DNA of 64,000 nucleotides from the human T2T-CHM13v2.0 reference genome, Homo sapiens. The stretch's first letter is position 1, and every line of letters begins with the position of its first letter. Shown piece by piece: positions 24,973-39,340 of the stretch. Made by a program: the position numbers and the translations under genes. Location of the stretch: assembly GCF_009914755.1 (NCBI RefSeq), contig NC_060930.1, one strand, 5' to 3'. The notes beneath the pieces are model-generated. The model had not been told where the DNA came from. It saw only the letters and a program-made list of their open reading frames with translations, and did not search any database.

Positions 24973-27244
24973 TGATATGGTTTGGCTGTGTCCCCATCCA
25001 AATCTGAACTTGAATTGTATCTCCCAGAATTCCCACGTGTTGTGGGAAGGACCTAGGGGGAAGTAATTGAATCATGGGAGTAGGTCTTTCTCATGCTATT
25101 CTTGTGATAGTGAATAAGTGTCACGAGATCTGATGGGTTTATCAGGTGTTTCTGCTTTTGCTTCTTCCTCATCCTTTCTTGCTGCCACCATGTAAGAAGT
25201 GCCTTTCACCCTCTGCCATGATTGTAAGACCTCCCCAGCCATGTGAAACTGTAAGTCCAATTAAACTTCTTTTTGTTCCCAGTTTCAGGCATGTCTTTAT
25301 CAGCATTGTGAAAATGAAATACTACAGTAAATTTATACCAGTAGAGTGGGGTGCTGCTGAAAAGATACCCCAAAATGTGGAACTGACTTTGGAACTGGGT
25401 AACAGGAAGAGGTTGGAATGATTTCGAGGGCTCAGAAGAAGACAGGAAAATGTGGGAAAGTTTAGAACTTCCTAGAGACTTGTTGAATGTTTTTGACCAA
25501 AATGCTGATAATGATATGAAAAGTAAGGTCCAGGCTGAAGCAGTCTCAGATGGAGATGAAGAACCTCTCGGAAGCTAGAGTAAAGGTGACTCTTGCTATG
25601 TTTTAGCAAATAAACTGGCAGCATTTTGCCCCTGCCCTAGAGATCTGTGGAACTTTGAACTTGAAAGAGATGATTTAGGGTATCCAGTGGAAGGAATTTC
25701 TAAGCAGCAAAGCATTCAAGAGGTGACTTGGGTACTGTTAAATGCATTCAGTTTTATAAGGGAAGTAGAGCATAAAAATTTGGAAAATTTGCATCCTATG
25801 TGATAAAAAATAAAAGCCCATTTTTCTGGGGAGAAATTCAAGCTGGCTGCAGAAATTTGCATAAATAGCAAGGAGCCTAATCTTACTCCCCAAGATTATG
25901 GGGAAAATGTTCAGGCCATGTCAGAGACCTTCAAGGCAGCCCTTCCATCACAGGCCCAGATGCCCAGGAGGAAAAAATGATTTCATGGGCAAGGCCCAGG
26001 GGCCCCATGCTGTATGAAGCCCAGGGATTTGGTGTCCTGTGTCCCAGCCTCTCCAGCCATGGCTGAAAGGGGTCAATGTACAGTTCAGGCTGTGGCTTCA
26101 GAGGGTGGAAGCCCAAAACCTTGGCAGCTTCCATGTGCTGTTGAGCCTGCAGGGGCACAGAAGTCAAGAATTGAGGTTTGGGAAGCTCCACCTAGATTTC
26201 AGAAGATGTTTGGAAATGCCTGGATGCCCAGGCAAAAATTGCTGCATGGGTGGGGCTTTCATGGAGAACCTCTGCTAGGACAATGTGGAAGGGAAATGTA
26301 GGGTCAGAGCCCTCACACAGAGTCCCTACTGGGGCACTGCCTAGTGGAGCTGTGAGAAGAAGCCCACCATCTGTCAGACCCCAGAATGGTAGATCCGCTT
26401 GCACCATGCACCTAGAAAAGCCACAGACACTCAATGCCAGCCTGTGAAAGCAGCCAGGAGGGAGGCTGTACCATGCAAAGCCACAAGGCTGGAGCTGCCC
26501 AAGACCATGGGAACCCACCTCTTGCATCAGCATGACCTGGATGTGAGACGTGGAGTCAAAGGTGATCATTTTGGAGCTTTCAATTAGACTGTCCCACTGG
26601 ATTTCTGACTTGCATGGGCCCTGTAACCCCTTTATTTTGGCCAATTTCTCCCATTTGGAATGGCTGTATTTACCCAATACCCATACCCCTATTGTATCTA
26701 GGAAGTAACTAGCTTTCTTTTGACTTCACAGGCTCATAGGTGGAAGGGACTTGCCTTGTCTTAGATAAGACTTTGGACTGTGGACTTTTAGGTTAATGCT
26801 GAAATGAGTTAAGACTTTGGGGGAATGTTGGGAAGGCATGATTGGTTTTAAAATGTGAGGACATGAGATTTGGTGGGGCCAGGGGTGGAAATACATTGTT
26901 TGGCTGTGTCCACATCCAAATCTCATCTTGAATTGTATCTCCCAGAATTCCCACATGTTGTGGATGGGACCTAGTGGGAGGTGATTGAATCATTGTTGCC
27001 GGTTTTTCTCATGCTATTCTCATGATAGTGAATAAGTCTCACAAGATCTAATGGGTTTATCAGGGGTTTCCACTTTTGCTTCTTCCTCTTTCTCTGTTGC
27101 TGCTGCCATGTAAGAAGTGTCTTTTCGCCCTCTGCCATGATTATGAGACCTCCCCAGCCATGTGGAACTGTAAGTCAAATTAACCTCCTTTTCTTCCCAG
27201 TCTCGGGTATGTCTTTATCAGCGGCATAAAAACGGACTAATACA
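24973..27244 (+). mobile_element. Full-length THE1A provirus (LTR 24973-25326, internal, LTR 26891-27244)
   Basis: Two direct LTRs with THE1A diagnostics (gaattgtatctcccagaattccc, gggtttatcagggg). ~1.56 kb internal region. TSD ctgtg / ctgtt. Confidence 0.96.
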
Positions 27245-27289
27245 CTGTTAAAGAATAAAGTTATGTTGTTTTGTTGTTAAAAGAGGTGG

Positions 27290-27450
27290 GGTCGGGGAAA
27301 GAAGAGGAAAAGCAAATGAAATCAAAAGGAGTAAGTAAAATGTAGAAAGTAAGTTCAGAAGGAAGTAGTAGAAGATTGTTTTTTGAAAAGAAGGAAGGGA
27401 GACACAAAGGAAAGGAAGGAAAAAAAAGAATAGAAAAAAAGAAGAAAGTG
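27290..27450. repeat. GA-rich low-complexity tract
   Basis: Purine-dominated on the plus strand. Confidence 0.7.
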
Positions 27451-29649
27451 ATATCAACTAAGTACAAATTTATGAACCTGAGTCATACAACTGAGAAATT
27501 AAATCTAAAAAAAGACGTCAACATAAAATCATTTCTACAAATCTAAGATTTAAACTAAGTAGAATTAATATTTGTTAATCAAGCATAAAATTAAAATCAG
27601 TCACTTAATAAAAATAAAAACAGTTTATAATTTTAAAAGGATTAAAAACTTTTAAACATAAAAATAAGAAATTGTGACTATTAAAAAGTCACTTTTAAAA
27701 AAACAATGAAGAGGTAATAGTAAAAGCATAAATCTTTCATACTGGTTATTCAGTCCAATGATCTATTAATTTTATCTTGCACTCTGGTAATAATACATGA
27801 ATAAAACACAATCTATTATCCCTATTAATAGCAACAATAGCAACTTCCCATCTACAAATCAAAGGGGAAATGCTAATCTTTGCTCTTAAGAAATGCTAAC
27901 TAAGAAACTAAGAAGCTAGGTAAAACTCAAATTTTGAGTGTTTTCATTTAAAATGAGCTTTTAATTAACATACTTTGACTTGGGAGTGAAAAGTCATACA
28001 AAAAGCAAGTGGCTATGATTCTGCATTAATCTAACAAACTAGCTTTTGGGTGTTCTATTTAGTTTTTTAAAATATCTCTTCTTTCTCAGACCAATCACAT
28101 ATTTTTACTATGTTTTACATAATTCTATTTAAATATGTTTAGCATTTTGTGTTATTAAGTCTAAATTCTAAAATTTCTAAATTTTATAATTTCTAAATCA
28201 ATAGAGCAAAGGAAAATTTTGACAGAGGAACAAGTAACGTAAGCATTGTTTTTGTTTCTTTTGTCAAAATTGGTTCACCTTATAAGTCGTTATTCTCTCA
28301 GGTACAGTCCTGTCAAAATTTAACAAAACCTAAAAAATATTTCATTTATACTGACATTAAAAATTTTCCTAAGGCGGCATTAGCATTCGTTGAATTTTCC
28401 ATTGATTTTTTAACATTGACAATTCAAAGACTAACTTAATTTTTAATGTATCTTCTCAGTTAATAAAAACACCATTCCTGAAATTGGAAGGAATAAAGGA
28501 GGAAACAAAAGAGTACATATAAGATTGATTAATTTTTTAGGAAAGGTTAAATGCTCACCCAGACTTGGATGATGGCTGAAATGTTTGAGTTGTTTATTCG
28601 GAAGGTTTTGAAAAGGAATAATATTTGCCTTAATCGCTAGGTGAGAAATGGTTCTTGAATCATGAAAAGAGATATAAGAAAACATCAGTTTCCTTCAATA
28701 ATCATTCCCAGTGAAAGTACTTCCTAATATATTTGTATTAATACGTTTAAATATATATGTGTCTGCTTGAAGGGTTTGCAGTAAAGTCTAAGGAATGACC
28801 ACAATGTAGACTAGCATCTAAGCTACACATTTAAGTTAAATTCTAATTTACAATTCAAAAAAAAAATCACTGAAAATTTAAGTAATCTCTTATGTAGGAG
28901 AGGAAATATTGAGGGAAGAATAAAATGCATGCACATAAGTGTTAAACACTGAAATTATCTAAATCAAACTTGTGAAGTTCAATTAGTATTCAGCTACTGA
29001 AAATAAGATTATTACACCTTTTTAACACACTTGCTTCCAATTTTTAAAGAAATATATTTTATTGTTTTAGGCAAAATTGCATATCCTTAAAGAATACAAA
29101 TAATACTGAAAATTAAAGATGAAAATTCAAATTCTACCACTCTCAAACTCTCATTTTTAGCATTAGCTGGACACTATCTCACCCAAGTCTCAATGTCACA
29201 ATTCACCTCTCTATGCAAATATACAGATAGAACTTCCATCTGTATCTTCTAACTTCTTAGATAGATGTTTGGATGGATAGCTGGATGGAAATAATTTATA
29301 ATAGGGGAACCATAGTATAGAAGTTTTTTTCAATCAAATGTGTCAACTTTAGTTTCATTTGAACTTCATAGCAGAAAATAAACCAATAAGCTTAAAGAAA
29401 AAGTGAGAAGATAATATAAAAATCTTTTACAATAGAATGATTTTTTAAATCACCTTCTTCAATTTTAACTTTATTGGATTCCTGTTTAAAATATGTGTGA
29501 TATTTTACACATATTTAAAATATGTGTAATAGTGGTATTACCACTTTTACATCTCTTCATTTTAATAAGGCATGTTATCGTTTACATTGCTCATGTTTAA
29601 AACATTCACATTTTGTTCTGTAACCTCAGGTCCCATAGTTTTTTTATTA

Positions 29650-30950
29650 ATAGTTATGTATATAACTGGATTCAGTGTGCCTCACCATTTCATTTTACCA
29701 TGGATTCTCGATTGCTCTGTGTTTTTTTTAATTTATCTTTTAATTGGACATACTTGATGCTCAAGCTTTTTTACTTTTTTACTCAAGAAGGGCACCTGAG
29801 TATAGTTATCTTAATTCATTCTTTTTTGATAGCACCTATAGCCTTTATCTCTGAATAACATCTTGAATGGTGATAGAATTATTGGGTTACACTTTTGTTA
29901 CTTTAGAGGGTGCAGACGTTGTTTTATCACCTCTTGCATTGTATGTTGGAAATGTCTGCAGCTACCCTCATGTTTTCTCTCCTGTTAGGTGACACTTTGT
30001 GGGAGGGTTGTGGGGATCTGAATAGTCAATAGGTTGAGTAGGCCATGTCTTATTGTTGACTATGTCAAGTTTACTTGAAATGTATACTTCTGATGTTCAG
30101 ATTAAGTTACTTATTTGGGAAAATAATATTATAGATTCAACATGCATCTTCTCCTACGTTTGTTGAGTCTCTACTTCACAGACATAAATTATTGTTATGC
30201 TGTATTACCTAGTCTCACTTCCATATCTACTTGTTTTTCTTTAATCATTTTAATCCTCTTCATTTACAATGAAGCAGCATTCATTATATAAACCTCAACA
30301 TTTTTAACAATATCACTTATTTGATTTCTAGTCAAGTCAATTTTGTTTTCACTATTTCTGAATTATATATTGTTACATAATGGTGGAATATTGATCCTCA
30401 ACTTGTGTTCATAAGTCTGATAGACATTTTAATCATGTGTACTTGTTTCTCACATTTGAGCTCATTTTTGAAGAATTTACATTCTCAATGTGTTATTTAA
30501 TAATATGAAATAATTGTGAGTAATTCCATTCTGTTCCATCAGTTACTTTTCTTCCATTTTGGACACTTGGCTTTGCTTCCTTTCTTTGATCATTTTGGGA
30601 GTTCTATAAAGTTCTATCTGCTCTGATAAAACATGGGTAACGTGTTTAGCCTCTTCCTACTATACCTGATACCAGTTAATTTTTCTTTCAAGGCTGCAGT
30701 TTGAGCTGCATGCATATTTTCTTTCTCTTCTCTCTTTGCCTCCTTCTGTCTCTCTCTCTTTCTCTCTGTTTCTCTGCCTCTCTAGCTGTCTTTCTCTCTA
30801 GTTTTCAAATATTATAGTATCGTCTTTCCTTTTCTGGACACTGTTGGTAATATTTTTCTTTTTACATGACAATTTTTGCTCATTTTCCTAGGTATCACTT
30901 AGGAAAATTCTAATACTATGAAGATATTTTAGCTATTTTAACCAAGAAGT
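29650..30950 (-). mobile_element. HAL1 / ancient L1M ORF1-5' region
   Basis: gaataacatcttgaatggtgatagaattattgggttacactttt...aatgtctgcagctacc. The end gctattttaaccaagaagt resembles a reversed HAL1/L1M start. Confidence 0.55.
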
Positions 30951-31067
30951 AACTATTTAATCTTTAAAGTTCTGCATATACATTATCAAATGATTATCCA
31001 AACATCACATGTAATTTTTAATGATCATTACATTATTGAGATAATTATGCTGCATAAACTATGGCAT

Positions 31068-31195
31068 TTAGGAATAGAGAGAGATTTGTTAAATGATACA
31101 AAATTACCCTGATCTGATCACTACAAATTATAAATATCAAAACATCATTATTTACCCCATGAATATGTACAAGTATTATTTGTAAAATTTAAAAG
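31068..31195 (+). mobile_element. L1MA 3' UTR fragment
   Basis: gagagatttgttaaatgatacaaaattaccctgatctgatcactaca...taccccatgaatatgtac. Confidence 0.75.
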
Positions 31196-33794
31196 AATCC
31201 TACGGTTTTTCAATCTATCATTTTAAATTTAATCTTTCAATCTTTAGTGATAGAAAGTTTATCATATTGTATCGGGATATTCTTTAAATATATTCCTGAA
31301 CTACTTTTCTTGTGATTATTTCAAGTAGGTAAAATGACTTTTGGAAAGTTTCAGGAGGATAAATAAAAGTTGCACTAAAGATATAGATTTCACGGAGACG
31401 GTGATATTTCTGATATTCTTGACTGATTCATGAAATCATAGGCAATTTATTTGCATTGTGCAATGAGCCAAGTTTTATTATATGAGAAAGACACAAAAAA
31501 AGTTTTAAATCTCTTTATATATTATTCATTTCAACGTTGTTTACTATAACCTATTGTAGGTTTATAAGTCCTTGCACTTTATTCCAGTTGTTACTATGCT
31601 TCCTCCCAAATACATTTACAATTTATATTTCCTCTTTCTTTGTAGAATTTAGATATTAAAAATTATTTATCAAATACCACATACTTACAAATACGTTTTA
31701 ATCATGAGTGTCCAGATTTATCCATTTATCTTAATGTAGCCTTGAATGCTGTATAAAAAAAGATTTATGCTTCATGTCTTTTATTCTTAATTAGTAAGGG
31801 CTCCACAGATGAAAGCATTTTTGTAATTGGGCTCAGAAGTGTTTAAATTGCTAAATTAGCATATATTGAATACATTAAGTAACATTGAAAAATTATAAAT
31901 ACATGGTAATAGACCTCTAACAAAAATGCTCAAATTATTTTATATGATTAGTACAAAACTGTATTATTATACACACAATAACTTGTATATCGTTAAAGAG
32001 TATAGACAAACACTTTAGCTATAGCTGAAAAGCTCATAGAGGCCACCTGAAATTGTTTTATCCCAGAGGTAAACAAATGTATTTTGGCTTCATTAAACAT
32101 TTTGATATTTAAAAAAAGCTCCACCATTTGTGCCAACACTATCAGTGGCATCTTTTTAATAGGATCCTTCTAGGAGGAAGAAAAAAGCTATATAAGCATA
32201 TTCTATCTTTCTTATAAATGCTCAACATTTTTTCTTTTAAAAAATTGTAGTCTTCAGTGCTGCACACTGTAACAATGCAGGCTGTCAAAGACTAGATAAC
32301 TAATTTAGTTGGAAATGAATTAATGCTGTCCTCATCTCACATTAATTTTGTTAGAATTTTGTTTTAAGTAGAAAATATTGGCTCTGAGTATGGAATAATG
32401 AGTTACTTCTTTAGACTCAATAGACTAAAATGCCAGGAATGGAAACAATGTCACCTTTGTGACTAGAATACTAAATGATGAGCCATATATACTGCTCAGC
32501 AGCAAAAATGTCCTCAGTGCAGACTTGATCCATTTGACCAAGGTCAGCATTTAATTTCATACCTGAAATATCATATAGTTTACATTGTATGTATTCTAGA
32601 GCCTAGATTTTATTCCATGAAATTCTCATTCATTAGTGTCTGTAATTTATTTTTACCCATGAGTAAAACTTTAATCTTTTATGCAATCATGACAAGCCAA
32701 AGCAGAACAAATTATGATATATCTTTGTACAATAATATCTGACAGAAATTGCCCACAGTAAATATAAAGAAAAATGCATTCAGAAAAAACCAATTAACAT
32801 CTTATAATTGAGTCAAGATTTCATAACCTGTATTGTTTTCAAAAGATTTTAAAGCTTGATACTTAATAACCATAAGTTGAAATAAATGAATGGTTTCATT
32901 CATTTTGTGGCAAACCATTTAATAATGCTTTTCATCCTGTAGTGATTCTTAGCTGTCTAGGTAAAAACAGGTTTTCATTACTGGAGAAAATATGAAATCT
33001 GAAATGTTATTACACAGAGAAGAAAACATGTAGGTATTGAGAAAACAATTAGAATTTTAACTATTTCTGTCCATATTTTGATTAAGAATATAACTGTATA
33101 GGATATATTATACATAGCTCTCTAAGGGGTGCAACATTATTTATCTGCTCAATCTGGGAATATTTTCAGAATTTGTCCATTTGAAATCTATCTGTTTAAA
33201 ATGTCTTTGGTAGTAACTGAAGAAGTTGTTCTAACTTACTCAGACTTGCAAAAAAAAAGTAAAACCTAAAAAGATGTGAGAATGATTGAAATCACATGTC
33301 AAATGTATGGTTTACAATTTATTAGAAAGTTCACTTAAACATGAATAAGGGTAACATAGATTATCAATATTATGGTTTTAATTTTACTTCCAATCTTTCA
33401 CTACAAAGGAAGCACTAAAATCCTTAACCATGCATGTGCGAAGGGAATTTTCTTTGACCCAGTCCTGTACAGATCTTTTATTAATCATCTTAATTCTTAA
33501 TTCTGCACTGCCTGCTCATTTCTTGCTGTGATTGTTTTGTAGTGATCTATATAAAAATGGCTACTACCTCCTATCCAGACACAGTCTCAGGATTTTGTGT
33601 CGTTGTTTTTGTCTTTTGTTGATCAAAGGCTCTATGTGCACAGGCTCCATCCACTCTCTTTCTAAAGCATTTGTCATTTCCTTCCATTAGGTAATCTCTG
33701 CAGTTCTCTGGCTATGGCTGTTAAATATCTGGAATTAGTTTATCTATATTGAGTTTGCCTCATTGCAGGTTCAAGAGCTTGGCTTTACTGTTAA

Positions 33795-34058
33795 ATAGGA
33801 AGAATAACATCAAGAGATTTATTATATAGCATGGTTTCTATAATTAATAATGATATATTGTATTTTAGAGAAATGCTAAGAAGGTGGATGTATTCTCGCC
33901 ACAAAAATGATAACTATGTGAGATAATGTACTTGTTAATTAGCTAGATTTAACCATTCTACAATGTATATGTACTTTCAAATATCATGTAATACACAATA
34001 AATAGATGCGATTGTATATATAAATTTTAAAAATCTAAAAAATTTTTTTTTGGAAAAA
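33795..34058 (+). mobile_element. L1MA (older) 3' UTR fragment
   Basis: caagagatttattatatagcatgg...ataactatgtgagataatg...gttaattagctagatttaaccatt. Confidence 0.85.
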
Positions 34059-34919
34059 AGCTTGTCTTTTTTTTGGAGCTTTGCTAGTTGGTGCAAACAA
34101 GTGACCAGCCTATAAAAAACTGTCCTCATCTTAGCAAAGGGTTTGGCCATAGAGAAAAGAAATGTCCTCCCTGTGCCAGCATTTTACAGATTTAGTGTCT
34201 GAACTTCTAGATCTTATCCACTGAATACCTCACTCTAATCATTCTCTGCACCTCTGACTCTAGGGCACAGATTTCTCTCTGTGTTTTCCTTGCCTTGCCT
34301 TTCTGCCTTGATACCTGATGCCACAGTCTATCCACCTTGGACCCCAGCTGCAGACTTCAGAGTCTCTCCCAGCATTGTCTTTATCTCTCTGGGATGCTGG
34401 CCAAAGATATTCATGGAGATCCTATGGAGTATTACTACTGCTGCTTAATCCTGCCCCAAAAACCCATCCCTGCACCTGCTCCTACATGCAGCTTCTTACC
34501 ACTCCTTGTCTTTGCCTAAGGAGTCAGACCTAGGCACGACAGCTTTTATCAGGAAGGAACCTGCATCCAAACTGACTTGAAAAGAGCTTCTTCCAGGCCT
34601 AAGTCTTTTGCTGCATTTTGCATTATTACATTGTCCCTTTATGAAAATCAAGTATTCTGTTTTACTCTTTTTTGCCTGTTTCTTAGTAGATATCAACTCC
34701 AAATATCTTTTAATATCTACAGCAATGGTGATTGTTTCCCAGGCCTTTTAAAGACAATAAAAACTCTGATGTTGAATACTTGCAAATAGCAAATATAGCC
34801 TCAAGTTATAGTGTCTTCAAATAGTTTCCTGTCCACTGTCCTTATGACAGTCTACCAAGACATGAGCTTTGTGATCCATAAAATTAATTTAAACACTTTA
34901 GGGGAAAAAACTAATAGCA

Positions 34920-34949
34920 TTAATTTAATTTAATTTAATTTAATTTAAT
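34920..34949. repeat. (TTAAT)6 pentanucleotide repeat
   Basis: Direct reading. Confidence 0.9.
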
Positions 34950-35393
34950 GTAATCATGTGTTGACATAATTTCTAACAATGAATTTCTAGGTAAAATATT
35001 TATACTGGTATATAATATATGTGATTTATTAAAATATATATAACACTAAAATATATCCTTTGATATTATTAAATATTTTAATACCTCACTTTGCACCAGT
35101 ATTAAACAAAATCATTTTTGTAACACATGTTAGATGATTAAAAAACTTTACTCTTCAAAGAACAATAGAAAATCATTAAATTATAACTCATAGATTTAAT
35201 TGTATTGCCCAATATTAAGAATGTACTGGATTAGTAATAATTCTAGTCCAGGGGGCACTGACTCATGCCTGTAATCCTAGCATTTCAGAAGGCCACGGCA
35301 GGAAGATCGCTTGAGTCCAGGAGTTCGAGGTCAGCCTGGGCAACAATAGTGAGACCCCCATCTCTACAAAAATTTTCTTTAAAAATTAGGCAG

Positions 35394-37661
35394 TGATATG
35401 GTTTGGCTCTGTGACCCCACCCAAATCTCATCTTGCAGCTCCCATAATTCCCAGAACAAGGTGAGAGATGGTTGAATCATGGGGGTGGGTCTTTCCCATG
35501 CTGTTCTCATGATAGTGAATGGGTCTTACAAGATCTGATGTTTTTAAAAATGGGAGTAGACCTGCATAAGCTTTCTTCACCTGCTGCCATCCACATAAGT
35601 TGAGACTTGCTCCTCCTTGCCTTCCACCATGATTGTGAGGCTTCCCCAGCCACATGGGACTGTGAATTCTCCATTAACCCTCTTTCTTTTGTAAATTGCC
35701 CAGTCTCAGGTATGTCTTTATCAGCAGTGTGAAAACGGACTAATACAGTAAATTGGTACCAGTAGAGTGGGGCATTGGTGAAAAGATACCTGAAAATGTG
35801 GAAGTGACTTTGGAACTGGGTAACAGGCATAGGTTTGAACAGTTGGGAGGACTCAGAAAATGAGAAGAGGTTGGAAAGTTTGGAACTCCCTAGAGACTTG
35901 TTGAATGTTTTTGACCAAAATTCTGATAGTTATATGAACAATAGGGTCCAGGTTGAGGTGGTCTCAGGTGGAGATGCAGAACTTTTTGGGAACTGGAGCA
36001 AAGGTGACTCTTGTTATGTTTCAGCAAATAGACTGGTGGCACTTTGCTCCTGCCCTAGAGATTTATGGAACTTTGAACTTGAGAGAGATAATTTAGAATA
36101 CCTGGCAGAAGAAATTTCTAAACAGCAAAGCATTCAATAGGTGACTTGGAGGCTGTTAAATGCATTCAGTTTTAAAAGGGAAACAGCGTATTTGCAGCCT
36201 ATGTGATAGAAAATAAAATCCCATTTTCTGGGGAGAAATTCAAGCTAGCTGCAGAAATTAGCATAAGTAATGAGGAGCTGAATGTTAATCCCCAAAACAA
36301 TGGGGAAAATGTCTCCAGGGCATGTCAGAGGTCTTCACAGCAGCCCTTCCCATCACAGGCCCAGAGGCCTAGGAGGAAAAGATGATTTCATGGGCCAGGC
36401 CCTGGGCTCTCCTGCTCTGTGCAGACTGCAGACTTGGTATCCTGCATTCCAGAAGCTCCAGCCATGCCTAAAAGAAGCCAAGGTACAGCTTGGGTTTTGG
36501 CTTCAAAGGGTGGAAGTCCAAGGTATTGGCAGCTTCCATGGGGTGTTGAGCCTGCAAGGGCACAGAAGTCAACTATTGAGGTTGGGGAACCTCCACCTAG
36601 ATTTCAAAAGATGTATGGAAATGCCGGATGACCAGGCAGAAGTTTGCTGCATTGGGGGCCCCTCATGGAGAACCTCTGCTAGGGCAGTGTGGAAGGGAAA
36701 TGTGGGGTTGGAGCCCCCACACAGAGTCCCTACTGTAGCACTGCCTAGTGGAGCTGTGAGAAGAGGGCCACTGTCCTCCAGACCCCTGAATGGTAGATCC
36801 ACTGACAGCTTGCATTGTGCACCTGAAAAAGCTGCAGACACTCAATGCCAACCCATGAAAGCAGCTGGGAGGGAGGCTATACCCTGCAAAACCACAGGAG
36901 CAGACTGCCCAAGACTATGTGAACCTGCCTCTTGCATCAGTTTGACCTGAATGTAAGACATGGAGTCAAAGGTGATCATTTTGGAGCTTTAAGAGTTGAC
37001 TGTCCTGCTGGATTTCATACTTGCATGGGCCCTGTAATCCCTTTGTTTTGGCCAATGTCTCCCATTTGGAATGGCTGCATTTAGGCAATGTCTCTGTACC
37101 TGCATTGTATCTAGGAAGTAACTAATTTTCTTTTTATTTTACAGACTCATAGGCAGAAGGGACTTGTCTCAGATGAGACTTTGGACTGTGGACTTTTTGA
37201 ATTAATGCTGAAATGAGCTGAGACTTTGGGGGACTGTTGGGAAGGCATGATTGGTTTTGAAATGTGAAGATGTGAGATTTGGGAGGAGCCAGGGGCAGAA
37301 TTATATGATCTGACTCTGTGTCCCCACCCAAATCTCATCTTGTAGCTCCCATAATTTCCACTTGTTGTGGGAGAGACCCAGTGGGAGATGATTGAATTAT
37401 GTGGGTGGGTCTTTCTTGTGCTATTCTCATGATACTTAATGGGTCTCATGAGATCTGATGGTTTTAAAAATGGGAGTTACCCTGCAAAAGCTCTCTGCCT
37501 CCTGCCATCCATATAAGATGTGACTTGCTCCTCCTTGCCTTCCACCATGATTGTGAGGCTTCCTCATCCATGTTGAACTGTGAGTTCTCCATTAACCCTC
37601 TTTTGTAAATTGCCAAGTTTTTGGTATGTCTTTATCAGCAATGTGAAAATGGACTAATACA
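35394..37661 (+). mobile_element. Full-length THE1B provirus (LTR 35394-35747, internal, LTR 37301-37661)
   Basis: Two direct LTRs. Decayed MaLR internal ORF (LELPRDLLN..., ORF 35835-36140). TSD ggcag / gtcag. Confidence 0.95.
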
Positions 37662-37732
37662 GTCAGGCATGATGTTTCATACCTGCAGTCCCAGCTATGT
37701 GAAAGCTAAGGTGGAAGATTTGCTCAAAACCT

Positions 37733-38055
<323 letters not shown>

Positions 38056-38211
38056 TCATGTCACTGCACTCCAGACTGAGTGACAGAGTGAGACCCTGAC
38101 TCAAAAAAAAAAAAAAAAAAAAACACAGCATAAATACAATTTTACAGTATTCACCCAACTAAAAAGTACATCAGGGAACACAGCCATTTAGAGCCATTAC
38201 CTTTGATAAGA

Positions 38212-39314
38212 GAATGGCTTGGGGCTTGCACCCTCTGAAGCAATAGCCTGAGCTCTACATTGACCCCTTTCAGCTGCAGATGGGACACAGGGCATCAAGT
38301 CCCTAGACTGCACACAGTGTGGGAGGCCCTGGGCCTGGCCAACAAAACCATTGTTTTCTCCTGACCCTTTGGGCCTGTAATGGTTGGGGCTGCTGTGAAG
38401 ATCTCTCACATGCCCTTGAGACATTTTCCTCATTGTTTTGGAGATTAGCATTTGGCTCCTTATTACTTATGCAAATTTATGTAGCCAGCTTGAATTTCTC
38501 CCCAGAAAATGGGATTTTATTTTCTACTACATCATCAAGCTGTAAGTTTGCAAACTTTTGTGCTCTGTCACCCTTTGAATGCCTTGCTGATTAGAATTTT
38601 CTTCCACCAGATATACTAAATTATCTTTCTCAAGTTCCAAGTTCCACAGATCTCTAGGTCAGGGCAATATGCTGCCAGTCTCTTTGTATAGCAAGCATGA
38701 TCTTTACTCCAGTTCCCAACAAATTCCCCATCTCCATCTGAGACCACCTCAGCCTGTTATTGTCCATATCACTATCAGCATTTTGGTCAAAGTAATTCAA
38801 CAAATCTCTAGGGAGTTTCAAACTTTCCCACATCTTCCTGTCTTCTGAGTCCTCTGAACTGTTCCAACCTCTGCCTGTTACCCAGTTCCAAAGTCTCATC
38901 CACATTTTTGGGTATCTTTTCAGCAACACCCCACTCCTGGTACCAATTTACTGTATTCGTCTGTTCTCACACTGCTAGTAAACATGTACCTGAGACTGGG
39001 TAATTTATAAAGAAAAGTTTAATGGACTTACACTTTGACATTGCTTGAGAGGCCTCACAATTATGGCTAAAGACAAAGGAATAGCAAAGGGATGTCTTAC
39101 ATGGTGGCAGGCAAGAGAGAACTTGTGTAGGGGACCTCCCCTTTATAAAACCTTCAGATCTTGTGAGACTTATTTGCTACCATGAGAACAGCATGGGAAA
39201 GACCCACCCCTAGGATTCAATTATCTCCCACCAGGTCCCTCCCATGACACATGGGAATTATGGGAGCTACAATTCAAGATGAGATTTGGATGGGGACACA
39301 GCCAAACCATATCA
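38212..39314 (-). mobile_element. Truncated THE1B/C: 5' LTR (38952-39314) plus ~740 bp of internal sequence
   Basis: Reversed LTR ending ccaaaccatatca, joined to reversed THE1-int (ggtaccaatttac). The 3' half is absent. Confidence 0.92.
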
Positions 39315-39340
39315 GTGTTTATTGAGTAGCTATGATAGGC

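Noticed and set aside
35835-36950. Long ORFs (101 and 222 aa) and similar ORFs at 26014-26677 and 46053-47432
   Set aside because: These are THE1 internal-region remnants or alternate frames, disrupted in all three copies.
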